NCBI GenBank assembly: GCA_021798975.1
Contig: JAJZBJ010000001.1
Coordinates: forward strand, 161 to 64,160
Direction: 5' to 3'
DNA length: 64,000 nucleotides
DNA from: Bacillota bacterium
GTDB lineage: Bacteria; Bacillota; Sulfobacillia; Sulfobacillales; Sulfobacillaceae
The translations under genes and the position numbers were made by a program. Position 1 is the stretch's first letter; each line of letters starts with the position of its first letter. Shown here in pieces: positions 18,771 to 27,606 of the stretch. A model generated the notes under the pieces. It had not been told where the DNA came from. It saw only the letters and a program-made list of their open reading frames with translations, and did not search any database.

Positions 18771-19886
18771 CTACACGAAGCGGCGCGGGGAGAATGCGGT
18801 CGGCACCGCCTCCCCGTCAAGCATCGCTGCGATCACCAGATGGGCCGAATAGGGACCGCAGAGAAGCCCTCCGGCCCCATGGCCGGTAATCACCCATAAG
18901 TCCTCGACCCCCGGAACGGCTCCCAAAATGGGAAGTCCATCCGTCGACGCAGGCCGAAGGCCCACCCGCCACTCACGCACTTCAGCGGGTCGAAGACCCG
19001 GCGCCACGCGGAACGCTTCGTCCAGTACTTGGTGCTGCCCTTCGGCGGTGAAAAACGGCGCATCGCCCGTATCCGTTTCCCGTGTGGCACCGGCCACGAC
19101 GCGGCCGTCTGGCCAGGACAGAATGTAGTGTCCCCGCAGTCCCTCCAAGATGGGCCACTGTCCCGCACCGGCGACGGACGTGCGCAGGTGCACAATCTGT
19201 CCGCGGTGAGGGGTGAGGCCTAAGTCTATGCCAAAAGGCGCCACGAGAGCCCGCGACCAAAATCCTGCGGCCACGATCACGCGTTCGCCTGGACGAAACT
19301 CCCCGTCTACCGTCTCGATGCCCGCGATACGGCCCGACTCACGAATAATCCTTCCGACCAACGCGTCTGCCCAAAGGGCCCCATGGGCTTCACTGTCCCA
19401 GCGAAGCGCCTCGACCAGTTTCCGCCCGTCCACACGGGCAGCTTCCGGGTAATACAACGCCTCCGCCACGTCGCCCAACAACGGATGCTGCTCTCTTAAC
19501 CACGCCGGGTCGACGGCGCTCACCGCGTGGCGGGTAGGAAAGGCGCCGCTGTTCTGCCGGGCGTATAAGATATCTCGGGACCGATTAAAGGCCCCCGGCT
19601 CCTCGCCGGCCATCCGCACCTTAGCAATAGCCGTGCGGCCGAAGCCAATATCGTAGCCGGACAACGCATCCACCAATCCGGGATAGTACCGGCCGGCGGC
19701 CATGGCCAACGCCACATAATCGGGGTCGGTGACCGCGCTAATCTCAGGACAGATGATGCCAGCCCCCGCCCAAGTGGCGTTGCCGGGCTGCTTCACATCC
19801 AAGATCTCGACCACTTCCCCGCGTCGCGCCAAAAGGTGGGCCGCTGTCGCCCCCATCAGCCCTCCGCCGACAATGATTGTGCGCAT
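18771..19886 (-). CDS. FAD-dependent oxidoreductase (D-amino acid/glycine oxidase family)
   Basis: GGGLMG, AGAGII, RGQ, VGLRP...DGLPILG, TGHG. Confidence 0.88.
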   Translation of the reverse strand: MRTIIVGGGLMGATAAHLLARRGEVVEILDVKQPGNATWAGAGIICPEISAVTDPDYVALAMAAGRYYPGLVDALSGYDIGFGRTAIAKVRMAGEEPGAFNRSRDILYARQNSGAFPTRHAVSAVDPAWLREQHPLLGDVAEALYYPEAARVDGRKLVEALRWDSEAHGALWADALVGRIIRESGRIAGIETVDGEFRPGERVIVAAGFWSRALVAPFGIDLGLTPHRGQIVHLRTSVAGAGQWPILEGLRGHYILSWPDGRVVAGATRETDTGDAPFFTAEGQHQVLDEAFRVAPGLRPAEVREWRVGLRPASTDGLPILGAVPGVEDLWVITGHGAGGLLCGPYSAHLVIAAMLDGEAVPTAFSPRRFV

Positions 19887-19971
19887 AATCCGCCCCCTTT
19901 CGCGCCATTGGACTTCGCCCTCCCGGGTGGATTATCCTTTACAGGAACCAACCTCTCGGGAGGGTTGCGAT

Positions 19972-20727
19972 GTGTTGCCATTGCGCTCCATCCAATTTAC
20001 CTGGCCCACCCCGCGACCGCGTCAGTTTCCCTGGACGGTCCCGGCGTTTCACGGGCTGGAGTCGCTGGACCTTCACAGTCCCGTTACGTTCTTGGTGGGG
20101 GACAACGGCAGCGGCAAGTCCACGTTGCTCGAGTCTCTGGCAGAGGCTGCCGGTTTTAATCCCGAAGGAGGCAGTCAGCACGCCAACTATGCGGCATCGC
20201 ATACGAATACAGCCCTGCACGGTGCCATGCGGCTCATTTGGAATCGCAAGACCCGGAACGGCTTCTTCTTTCGAGCCGAAAGCTTCTTTTCCTATGCTGG
20301 CTATGTGGACGACCTGGGGCCGGGCGGCACAGATCCGTATGGTGGACAATCGCTCCATGCATGGTCCCATGGCGAATCATTTTTAGCCTTGTTTAAGCAT
20401 CGGCTGCGCGGGAAAGAACGCCGGGGACCGGAATCGGCGCTATACCTCTTTGATGAACCCGAAGCCGCGCTCTCGACAACCGGTCAACTGGCCTTTTTGC
20501 GTCTACTAAAGGAGTGGGCCGATTCCCGGCGGATACAGGTTATCGCCGCCACCCATTCGCCCATTCTGCTAGCCCTTCCTGGCGCTTCCCTCTATTCGTT
20601 CGACTCATCGCCGCTCCAGCCCATCACCTACCGCGAGTCCGCACCCTACCAACTGACCCGGGCCTTTCTCGAGAGTCCCGATCGCTTTCTACGGGAAATT
20701 TTCCAAGATGACGAGCCGCCCCTATAG
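19972..20727 (+). CDS. Stand-alone ABC/AAA-type ATPase
   Basis: GDNGSGKST, GFNPEGG, SHGESF, DEPEAALS, ATHSPIL. Confidence 0.88.
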   Translation: MLPLRSIQFTWPTPRPRQFPWTVPAFHGLESLDLHSPVTFLVGDNGSGKSTLLESLAEAAGFNPEGGSQHANYAASHTNTALHGAMRLIWNRKTRNGFFFRAESFFSYAGYVDDLGPGGTDPYGGQSLHAWSHGESFLALFKHRLRGKERRGPESALYLFDEPEAALSTTGQLAFLRLLKEWADSRRIQVIAATHSPILLALPGASLYSFDSSPLQPITYRESAPYQLTRAFLESPDRFLREIFQDDEPPL

Positions 20728-22704
20728 CGCCGGATTCTGTTTGTTGACAATCCAATAGACGGTCATGTCGCGATTGTGGAAGTACACTGGCAGGGGCCCG
20801 TACCGGTGTTGCCAGGCGCCCACCCATTGCTTCAAATCCTGGTACTGGCGGCGATCCTGCGCCAGCAGTTGCGCCCGCCCAGGCACCTCCGGCACCCTCA
20901 CACGGCTGGGCACAAACAAGAAAATGTAGCGCTGTGAGAAGGGATAGGGTTTTTGGCCTGCCGTCTGGAAGTGAGGCCACTTGGCGTCGGGACTCACGTG
21001 CTGTGCCCAGAAGCTGGGGTTGTATTGATACCCGTCATTGACCGCCAAGGCATAGCCATTGTTGGCTACGGCGACCCAACTGAAATTCGGAAAGGTTCGT
21101 TCCAACCGAATGAACGTGTTCACAAAGGTATCGCTGTTCATCGTATAGGCGGTCATGGGGCGGGGAAAGGCCGTTTTCAGGCGATAACCCGTCGCCGCCA
21201 CCAATACCGCCAAGGCCCCCATGGCGGCCCCGGTTCGATGAACGCCGACCCGCTCCACCGCCTCTTGAATGCCAGCCGCCCCCATGCCTAGGGCGAGGGC
21301 CTCCGCCAGGGCGAGAAACTCCCCCGACCGGGCCACTAGGGGAGCAAAGGCAATGCCAAAGTGGGGCAGTTTGACCACCACTTCAGCGAAGAGCAGCAGG
21401 AGGAATCCCACCGCCGGGAGCCCCATTTCCCAGAGGTCGTCGTACCACAGCAGCTTCGTGACAAAGAGAGCTCCAATGCCCCCGAGCGACGCCCACACGA
21501 GTCCCCCGACATGTATGGCCTCGGGCCCGGCACTCGCCACCGGCACCCCTACGCTGGCAGCGTTCTCTGTCGCGAAACTTACACCGGAGGCCAAGAGAGG
21601 TTTCCCTAGCGCGTAGGCGATCCCCAACGGCAGCACATCGATTGCGGCCGCCAGAGGCACCATCCACAAATATTGTTTTAAAACCTTCCCGGAGATACCG
21701 GATACTGCCCAACCGCCCACTGTAGCGGCCAAGGCGGCCAGGACCGCATTCAACAGGGCAATGGGATGCGTCAGGCCCACCACCGCCAGTGCAGCCGAGG
21801 CCCCGATCGTGTATCCGCGTTTGCGCGTCACCCAGGACTGAAAGACCAGCCACGCGATGGGCAGGACAAACAAGTTGCCGAACTCCTGGCCCTCGGCGGC
21901 GATTTGGCGCATCGCTTGGTCAGGCAGGAAATGCGGAAACAATCCATAGGCGGCTCCCGCCAGCAGGGCGGGCACCGCGCGGCCGGTAAAGCGGTACGTG
22001 GACCACATGACCGAAGCGGTGAGCAGGGTGCCGATGAAAGCGCCCCAGAATTTTACGAACGCGATCACATTGGCATGCGTCAGCGTTTGCACGAACGCTT
22101 CGGCCAAATAGAACCCTTGGGGATAGATGCCGTTGGGAAACAACGTTCCGACGTCGATGCCTTTGACCCATGCCACAGTCTCATAGGCGTCGGAATAGAA
22201 CAGCCCCGCATGCTGCCAATTGCCGGCAAACCGCAGCCAGGCGCTAAATGCCAGGACTCCTAGAGCACACAAAAGAAATACATACGACGAAAACTTCCGC
22301 GGAACCCAGCCCCAGCCCACCTTGCGAGCAGCCATCCAAGCAGCGAGGGCGGCCCGCCATTGGGGTTGTTGGGCCAGCGCATCATAGACGGCGGCACTCA
22401 GTTGGTTCCCCGAGGTCAGCACATAGCGGCTCCGGACCCGGCGGTGAAGAAACCAGGCGGTCAGCAGCAATAGTACCACTGCGACGGGAGCGCTGAACAC
22501 GTGCGCCCACGCCATAAGATATCCGAAACCCATGACCCACAGCACCATCAGAGCGCCCCGCACCATGGCCAAATCTTCGGGATCCACCGCGAGTCGGGGG
22601 AACACGAAGGCGGGAGCCAACCAAAAGACAGTGGCACTGCCGATAACCACAGACGCAATGGAGACGATCATGAGCCATTCTGGCATGGAAACCGCTAGGT
22701 TCAT
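20722..22704 (-). CDS. Polytopic membrane protein, putative GT-C-type glycosyltransferase (paralog 1)
   Basis: Many TM segments plus a soluble C-terminal domain; loop motifs SDAYE, FPNGIYPQG, EGQEFG and HPIALLNA shared with 29511..31415. Confidence 0.6.
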   Translation of the reverse strand: MNLAVSMPEWLMIVSIASVVIGSATVFWLAPAFVFPRLAVDPEDLAMVRGALMVLWVMGFGYLMAWAHVFSAPVAVVLLLLTAWFLHRRVRSRYVLTSGNQLSAAVYDALAQQPQWRAALAAWMAARKVGWGWVPRKFSSYVFLLCALGVLAFSAWLRFAGNWQHAGLFYSDAYETVAWVKGIDVGTLFPNGIYPQGFYLAEAFVQTLTHANVIAFVKFWGAFIGTLLTASVMWSTYRFTGRAVPALLAGAAYGLFPHFLPDQAMRQIAAEGQEFGNLFVLPIAWLVFQSWVTRKRGYTIGASAALAVVGLTHPIALLNAVLAALAATVGGWAVSGISGKVLKQYLWMVPLAAAIDVLPLGIAYALGKPLLASGVSFATENAASVGVPVASAGPEAIHVGGLVWASLGGIGALFVTKLLWYDDLWEMGLPAVGFLLLLFAEVVVKLPHFGIAFAPLVARSGEFLALAEALALGMGAAGIQEAVERVGVHRTGAAMGALAVLVAATGYRLKTAFPRPMTAYTMNSDTFVNTFIRLERTFPNFSWVAVANNGYALAVNDGYQYNPSFWAQHVSPDAKWPHFQTAGQKPYPFSQRYIFLFVPSRVRVPEVPGRAQLLAQDRRQYQDLKQWVGAWQHRYGPLPVYFHNRDMTVYWIVNKQNPAL

Positions 22705-22723
22705 GTTCTCGCCTCCCAACCGT

Positions 22724-23692
22724 TCAATGCGCCACCCCAACCAACAATGCGCCTAGGGCCGCCGCCGATGCCAAGAGGGTCAGGGTGCGACCGGTCGAAG
22801 CAACCGCTGCCGTGGTCCATGGACCTGGCATGCGCACCCGCTGCCCGCCATACCACAGCAGTCCGAGGACTAAGACAGCAAACAGCAAGGGGCCCAGCAG
22901 CGGGTGGATGATGGTAAAAGCCCAATACCGTCCCCACACATGCGCCGCCCCAAAAATCGCGGCGATGCGGAGCAAATTGCCGACATAGGCCAGTACACAG
23001 CCCACCAGAATCAGTACGATCTTCTGAAGGCGGGACATGTCGAAAATGAGCAGCGTCACTGGGAACACGACCAGCAGGGCTAAAATGCTGTCTGAACCGC
23101 TGCAGGCGGCCGTAATACTGACGGCGAGCCCCCTGCCGGCGTGCAAGATGAGATATGCTCCGCGATAGTGCGGATCCGGTGTCAGCCAGGCCGTGTGCCG
23201 GGCTGCCGCGTCAAATACGCGGTAGGCGGAGTGCTCAAGTGCGGGATTTATCTGATGGATAATCCAGATATAGAGGGGCGCCCATACGAGATAGAGATAC
23301 AGCAGAGGGCCTCGCACTAGCCGCACCGCCGCCGGGCCATACAGTACCCAGACCACCAAGCCGAGCCACGTGGGCCAGAGAAGAAGGGGCCAACTGGGGA
23401 AGCGCCCGGGCTCGTGGCCCGCCAGCAGCCCGGCCAGGATAAGGCCCATCGCCACAACGATCGCCATGGTCGGCAAACCGTCCCGCCCCGAAGCTGGGGA
23501 GTCCGGCAGCGCTCGCTGTCTGAGTTCCCAACCAATCCAAAAGAACGCGACCAGAGGAACCCACGCCAGGTAGGCCTCGGGTACATCAGAAAGGGAATCG
23601 CGAACTAACTTTCCCGCAAACCACAAAAAGGGCAACGTCGCCGCGACAAGGCCCCACACATCACGCGTCCAACGGCTGGCGCTGCCCTTCAT
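22724..23692 (-). CDS. Exosortase/archaeosortase family protein
   Basis: About 8 TM segments with the Cys-Arg-His triad in canonical contexts: ITAACSG, NLLRI, IIHPLLG. Confidence 0.88.
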   Translation of the reverse strand: MKGSASRWTRDVWGLVAATLPFLWFAGKLVRDSLSDVPEAYLAWVPLVAFFWIGWELRQRALPDSPASGRDGLPTMAIVVAMGLILAGLLAGHEPGRFPSWPLLLWPTWLGLVVWVLYGPAAVRLVRGPLLYLYLVWAPLYIWIIHQINPALEHSAYRVFDAAARHTAWLTPDPHYRGAYLILHAGRGLAVSITAACSGSDSILALLVVFPVTLLIFDMSRLQKIVLILVGCVLAYVGNLLRIAAIFGAAHVWGRYWAFTIIHPLLGPLLFAVLVLGLLWYGGQRVRMPGPWTTAAVASTGRTLTLLASAAALGALLVGVAH

Positions 23693-23839
23693 AGAACCTT
23701 CCTTGTCGGACGTTGGGTCTCCCGGCACGTCACAGCCATCCCCGTTTCCGCCATAGGGGTAATCCCCCCATTCAATACGCTGCCGCCATCCGTGCTCTCA
23801 CCGCCGCGCTTGACGACGGTTCAAGCCATAGCCGGGTGG

Positions 23840-24220
23840 TTACGACCAGACGGCAGCCCGACGCTTGCGATACACCCACAGGGCACCGCCCGCTATGGCA
23901 ATTGGAAATAGCGCCGCATACGGCGTCTCGGGCGTCGGAGTCGGGTTGGCGCCGCTGCCGGACCCGCCCTGATTTCCTTGGTTGCCGCCCTGATTTCCTT
24001 GGTTGCCACCCTGATTTCCTTGGTTGCCACCCTGACTTCCCTGGTTGCCACCCTGACTTCCCTGGTCGCCACCGCCACTGTGGCTGCCATGGTGGCCCCC
24101 GTCCGCGAGTACCACATGCGACCCGGCTGAAGCAGCGTTGGCCGCACCCATGGGCACAAGTGCCAGTACCAAGCCAAGGCCTACGCTGACCCACCCGAAC
24201 CGACGTACAAAATTGAACAC
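23840..24220 (-). CDS. Small secreted G/N/Q-rich protein with a PEP-CTERM-like sorting signal
   Basis: GTG start with AAGGAAAGGTGG RBS; signal peptide ending AANA; GGNQGNQ repeats; PTPTPETPYAALFPIAIAGGALWVYRKRR tail. Confidence 0.85.
   Translation of the reverse strand: MFNFVRRFGWVSVGLGLVLALVPMGAANAASAGSHVVLADGGHHGSHSGGGDQGSQGGNQGSQGGNQGNQGGNQGNQGGNQGNQGGSGSGANPTPTPETPYAALFPIAIAGGALWVYRKRRAAVWS
23967..24071. repeat. Five tandem 21-bp coding repeats
   Basis: Unit CCCTGAyTTCCyTGGTyGCCr x5, encoding GG(N/D)QG(N/S)Q on the minus strand. Confidence 0.95.
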
Positions 24221-24296
24221 GATTTTTCGTCCACCTTTCCTTGGGCACCAGAAGTATAAGGTTTGGATATCCATTATTCAAACATATAAAGTGTTT

Positions 24297-25082
24297 TTAT
24301 TCGTAACGTTGTCGGTAGGCCTCGCTGTCGTAGGGAAGAAGCTGGGTCGGCCAGGCCTGCCGTTCCACCGGGCGGTCTCGCCGTACCCGATCCCACGCCC
24401 GCACGGCTGCCAGGGCGTTGTTGAATCCGTGCCGAACCTTGGCCCCCGCTCGATATCGCGCTACATGAATGGGCACATCATTAGATACCCGCCATCCGCG
24501 GCGCGACACAATCACAGACATCTCTTGCGCACACCCATACGATACGGGATTGAAATAGGGAAGGAAGTCCGCCATGACCCGGACTGACATGGACCGGAAT
24601 CCGCATTCCACGTCCTGGTATCGAAACCCGCTCCAGAGCGTTGCCCACCGTGTCAGAAACCAGTTGCCTGCCCGCTTGACCATCGGATAGGCTTCAAAGG
24701 ACCGTTTGCCCACGACCATGTCCACCCGGCCCTGGGAAATGGGCTCCGTCAGTTTGAGGATATCAACGGCATCATGTTGTCCGTCGGAATCCATCGTGAC
24801 CACCAGGTCATCGCGCTCCAACCGTCCCCGTTGGCGTGCCTCATCTAAGATCAAGAAGCCAGTCAACAAGGCCCCCGACATGCCGCGGTTGGTCTGATGG
24901 CTGACAAAAAACAGTTTGGGATGTGCAGCCGCATAGGCGTGCAACAGGTCTTGGGTCCGGTCGGTGGACCCATCGTCGACCACTAAAATCTGATCCACGA
25001 ATGGCTCGGACTTGTCCAAAACCTCCAGGATGGTGTCCGACTCGTTGTAGACCGGCAACAACAAGACGATGCGCTGAGCCAT
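24297..25082 (-). CDS. GT2 glycosyltransferase, DPM1-like (polyprenyl-phosphate sugar synthase)
   Basis: LPVYNE, VVDDGSTD, NRG, TMDSDGQH, DVECGFR. Confidence 0.9.
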   Translation of the reverse strand: MAQRIVLLLPVYNESDTILEVLDKSEPFVDQILVVDDGSTDRTQDLLHAYAAAHPKLFFVSHQTNRGMSGALLTGFLILDEARQRGRLERDDLVVTMDSDGQHDAVDILKLTEPISQGRVDMVVGKRSFEAYPMVKRAGNWFLTRWATLWSGFRYQDVECGFRSMSVRVMADFLPYFNPVSYGCAQEMSVIVSRRGWRVSNDVPIHVARYRAGAKVRHGFNNALAAVRAWDRVRRDRPVERQAWPTQLLPYDSEAYRQRYE

Positions 25083-25180
25083 AGTATCCTCTCTTCCGCT
25101 ACCGAAGCCTTGCCCCCGTCTCCATGCTAATCACCATGGCTCGCGCACCGATCATATTAGGGGTAAATTAACCGTGGAGG

Positions 25181-25984
25181 TTAATTAGGTTTGGCACTGA
25201 CAACGCGCCCATCACGGAGCCGGATGCCGGCCGCGTAGTCAGTGGGGGCCGCGTAGGAGAGGAAGCCATAGCGGTCGGCATCCTCGGAGAATCGCAGCAG
25301 ACGTTGAGCCACGGAGAGAGCTGTTCCGGTGATATGGGTGAGCATAAAGTTGACCCATCCCTGTTCCTGATGGGCGCGGCCCAGGTACTCCAATACGGCC
25401 TGAGCCCAAGGCTGCCGGAGTGTGTCCGGCGTCAAATCACCTTCCCAGCACACGCCGTCAATGTACGGGGCGATTAAGGGAACGAGTTGGAAGAGCCCGT
25501 TGTTGACCACCAGAGGCCGTTCAGGAAACCGCACACGCAGGTGGCGCACCAAGTCGGCCATGGCGGGCACCAGCCATCCCGCCTGACCCGCCAAGTGCTC
25601 GTCTTCCACGTCGCCCAGGGTATCGACAAAGAGCCCGTCCCATCCTTGCCGGTACAAAAATTCCACCCGCCGCTCCAAGTATTCGCGCCACCGGGGCGAA
25701 TCCGGCCGGGCCAACCAGTTGCCGAAGGGCTCCTTGACCCAGCGTTGCCCACCGACGTGAACCAAATCGCCCGGCAGGAGTCCCGTTTGTTCGAACCGCC
25801 AGGGCGGCACCTCGAAAGCGCTCAGGTAGGCCAAGGTGTTGACATGCGCGGCTTTCAACTGGCGATGCATGGGCGTCGTCCACCCGTCGGGCTCTAAGAT
25901 GGCGATGTCGTACGACTCAATGCCCGGCAGGGGGCCGCGTCCGTAATAGACCACGAAAGAACGTCCCGGGATGCGCATCTTCAT
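25181..25984 (-). CDS. PelA-type endo-alpha-1,4-polygalactosaminidase (GH114/GH166-like)
   Basis: VVYYG, LAYLSAFE, WDGLFVDT, VVNNG, GVCWE; no signal peptide. Confidence 0.8.
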   Translation of the reverse strand: MKMRIPGRSFVVYYGRGPLPGIESYDIAILEPDGWTTPMHRQLKAAHVNTLAYLSAFEVPPWRFEQTGLLPGDLVHVGGQRWVKEPFGNWLARPDSPRWREYLERRVEFLYRQGWDGLFVDTLGDVEDEHLAGQAGWLVPAMADLVRHLRVRFPERPLVVNNGLFQLVPLIAPYIDGVCWEGDLTPDTLRQPWAQAVLEYLGRAHQEQGWVNFMLTHITGTALSVAQRLLRFSEDADRYGFLSYAAPTDYAAGIRLRDGRVVSAKPN

Positions 25985-27531
25985 GCCGGCGCACCCGGCA
26001 CGACGCCTGCCTCCGCGTATACCCTCATCAACAGCTCTACCACCTCGGGATCCAACTGGCCTCCTGCTAGATGCCGTACGTCATACAAGGCGCGTTCCAC
26101 ACTGAGCCCCTGGCGGTAGCTGCGATTAGAGATGCGCGCCACAAACTGTTCCGCACAAGCTAAGACGCGGCCTTCCTCACTGAGCTCTGTGCCGCGCAGT
26201 CCATGCGGGTACCCCTGTCCATCCCAGCGCTCATGGTGCTCGCGGACCGATCGGACTACAATCGGGGGCAGTAACGTCTCCGGCAACCCAGCCAAAAGCT
26301 CGGCGCCGACCGTAGGATGCTGTTGGATAATTTCCCGAGCCTGTTCCGCCAAATTTCCACGCTGAGTCGTCACTTCCAGCGCCACTCCCACCATACCGAT
26401 ATCATGCAGACGGCCTGCGGTTTCCACCGCGCGAACCCGGGATTCCGGCCAACCGGCCTTCAGCGCCAAGCGCGCTGCCAACTGGGCCACCTGGCGATGG
26501 TGATTCTTGTTGAAGGGATCGGCCTCATCCAATAGCAAAGCCGCCGTGAACAGCGAATCTAAATAATTCTCGGCCATGGTCATCGATGCGCCGCGGCTGG
26601 CCAGCGAGTTCCCGAGGCTTGTGGCCAAGAAACCCAGACTGTCCGCCAAACTTCGTGAGGGTTTCAGCGTCTCCGCCACCGCAAACACAAGTACGCCGGC
26701 CGAGGCATCGCCGCCCTCCAGCGGCAGTGCCATCAGCGTGTGAAAGCCCATATCTTGTATCACCGCGGGCAGTTTCGCTCCGTCCCAGACGGCAAACCGG
26801 TGCGGACGGGCGGACCGATACAGGTGGCGCGGCGAAAGACGTTCGGCCAGTTGGCGGCCTAGGCCCGATTCCCAGATGAGATCCGATGCCGACGATTCGT
26901 CGTGCCATAATGCCAGATATCCATCGGTGCCTTTCACGACACTAGTCCCCAGTTGGGAGAGCATCCCCATCAAGTGCGGGATCTGCAGCAACAAATCTTG
27001 CCTGGACCGACGCACGTCAGGCGAGAGGCGCGTTTCCGACGCCACGGTGCGGTGCTCAGCCATGCTGACCAAATCCAATACGGCTTCAAGCGGCTTCAGC
27101 CAACTGTGTATCCGCGCCCGATCGGCTTCCGTAAAGCGGGCCTTCGGGTCCACCGCCAGGCGAAACGCCGCCCGGGGGCCGAACCCGATTTCCAACACGC
27201 CATCAGCGCCAACCTCAAAACTCCAAGAGTCGCGCAGCGGGATAATCTCCAACGGCACCGTACGAAGGCCTGCCCCCAGCACCAATCCGGCATAATTGGG
27301 ACCGACCGTGGCGATGCCTGTTGCCGCGCGGGTGACCTTGAGGGTCAAATGGGTGCCATCCCCATCGGACGCATAGGCGTAATAACCCTCGGCGGGAATA
27401 GCTTCCGACAGCTGGTCGAGTACGGCCAACAGCATGTCCTTTTGCGAATACGGAGTCGTCAACTTCGACAAAATCTGCCCGATGCCGCCTAACGGCGCGG
27501 CACTAGGCGACTTCCGGTTGAGAAGTCCCAT
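25981..27531 (-). CDS. GAF-like + HD-GYP domain protein
   Basis: LHDIG, HHERWDGQGYP, RSYR; AAGGAGGA RBS before ATG 27531. Confidence 0.88.
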   Translation of the reverse strand: MGLLNRKSPSAAPLGGIGQILSKLTTPYSQKDMLLAVLDQLSEAIPAEGYYAYASDGDGTHLTLKVTRAATGIATVGPNYAGLVLGAGLRTVPLEIIPLRDSWSFEVGADGVLEIGFGPRAAFRLAVDPKARFTEADRARIHSWLKPLEAVLDLVSMAEHRTVASETRLSPDVRRSRQDLLLQIPHLMGMLSQLGTSVVKGTDGYLALWHDESSASDLIWESGLGRQLAERLSPRHLYRSARPHRFAVWDGAKLPAVIQDMGFHTLMALPLEGGDASAGVLVFAVAETLKPSRSLADSLGFLATSLGNSLASRGASMTMAENYLDSLFTAALLLDEADPFNKNHHRQVAQLAARLALKAGWPESRVRAVETAGRLHDIGMVGVALEVTTQRGNLAEQAREIIQQHPTVGAELLAGLPETLLPPIVVRSVREHHERWDGQGYPHGLRGTELSEEGRVLACAEQFVARISNRSYRQGLSVERALYDVRHLAGGQLDPEVVELLMRVYAEAGVVPGAPA

Positions 27532-27606
27532 GCATCCTCCTTCGCATACGTTGGCGGCAGCGCCAGATGTCATACTTCCAGGCTGATTGATGTTGCACGA
27601 AGGTCG

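Noticed and set aside
23967-24071. 21-bp repeats as a CRISPR array
   Set aside because: Head-to-tail with no spacers, length a multiple of three, in frame in a CDS, no cas genes
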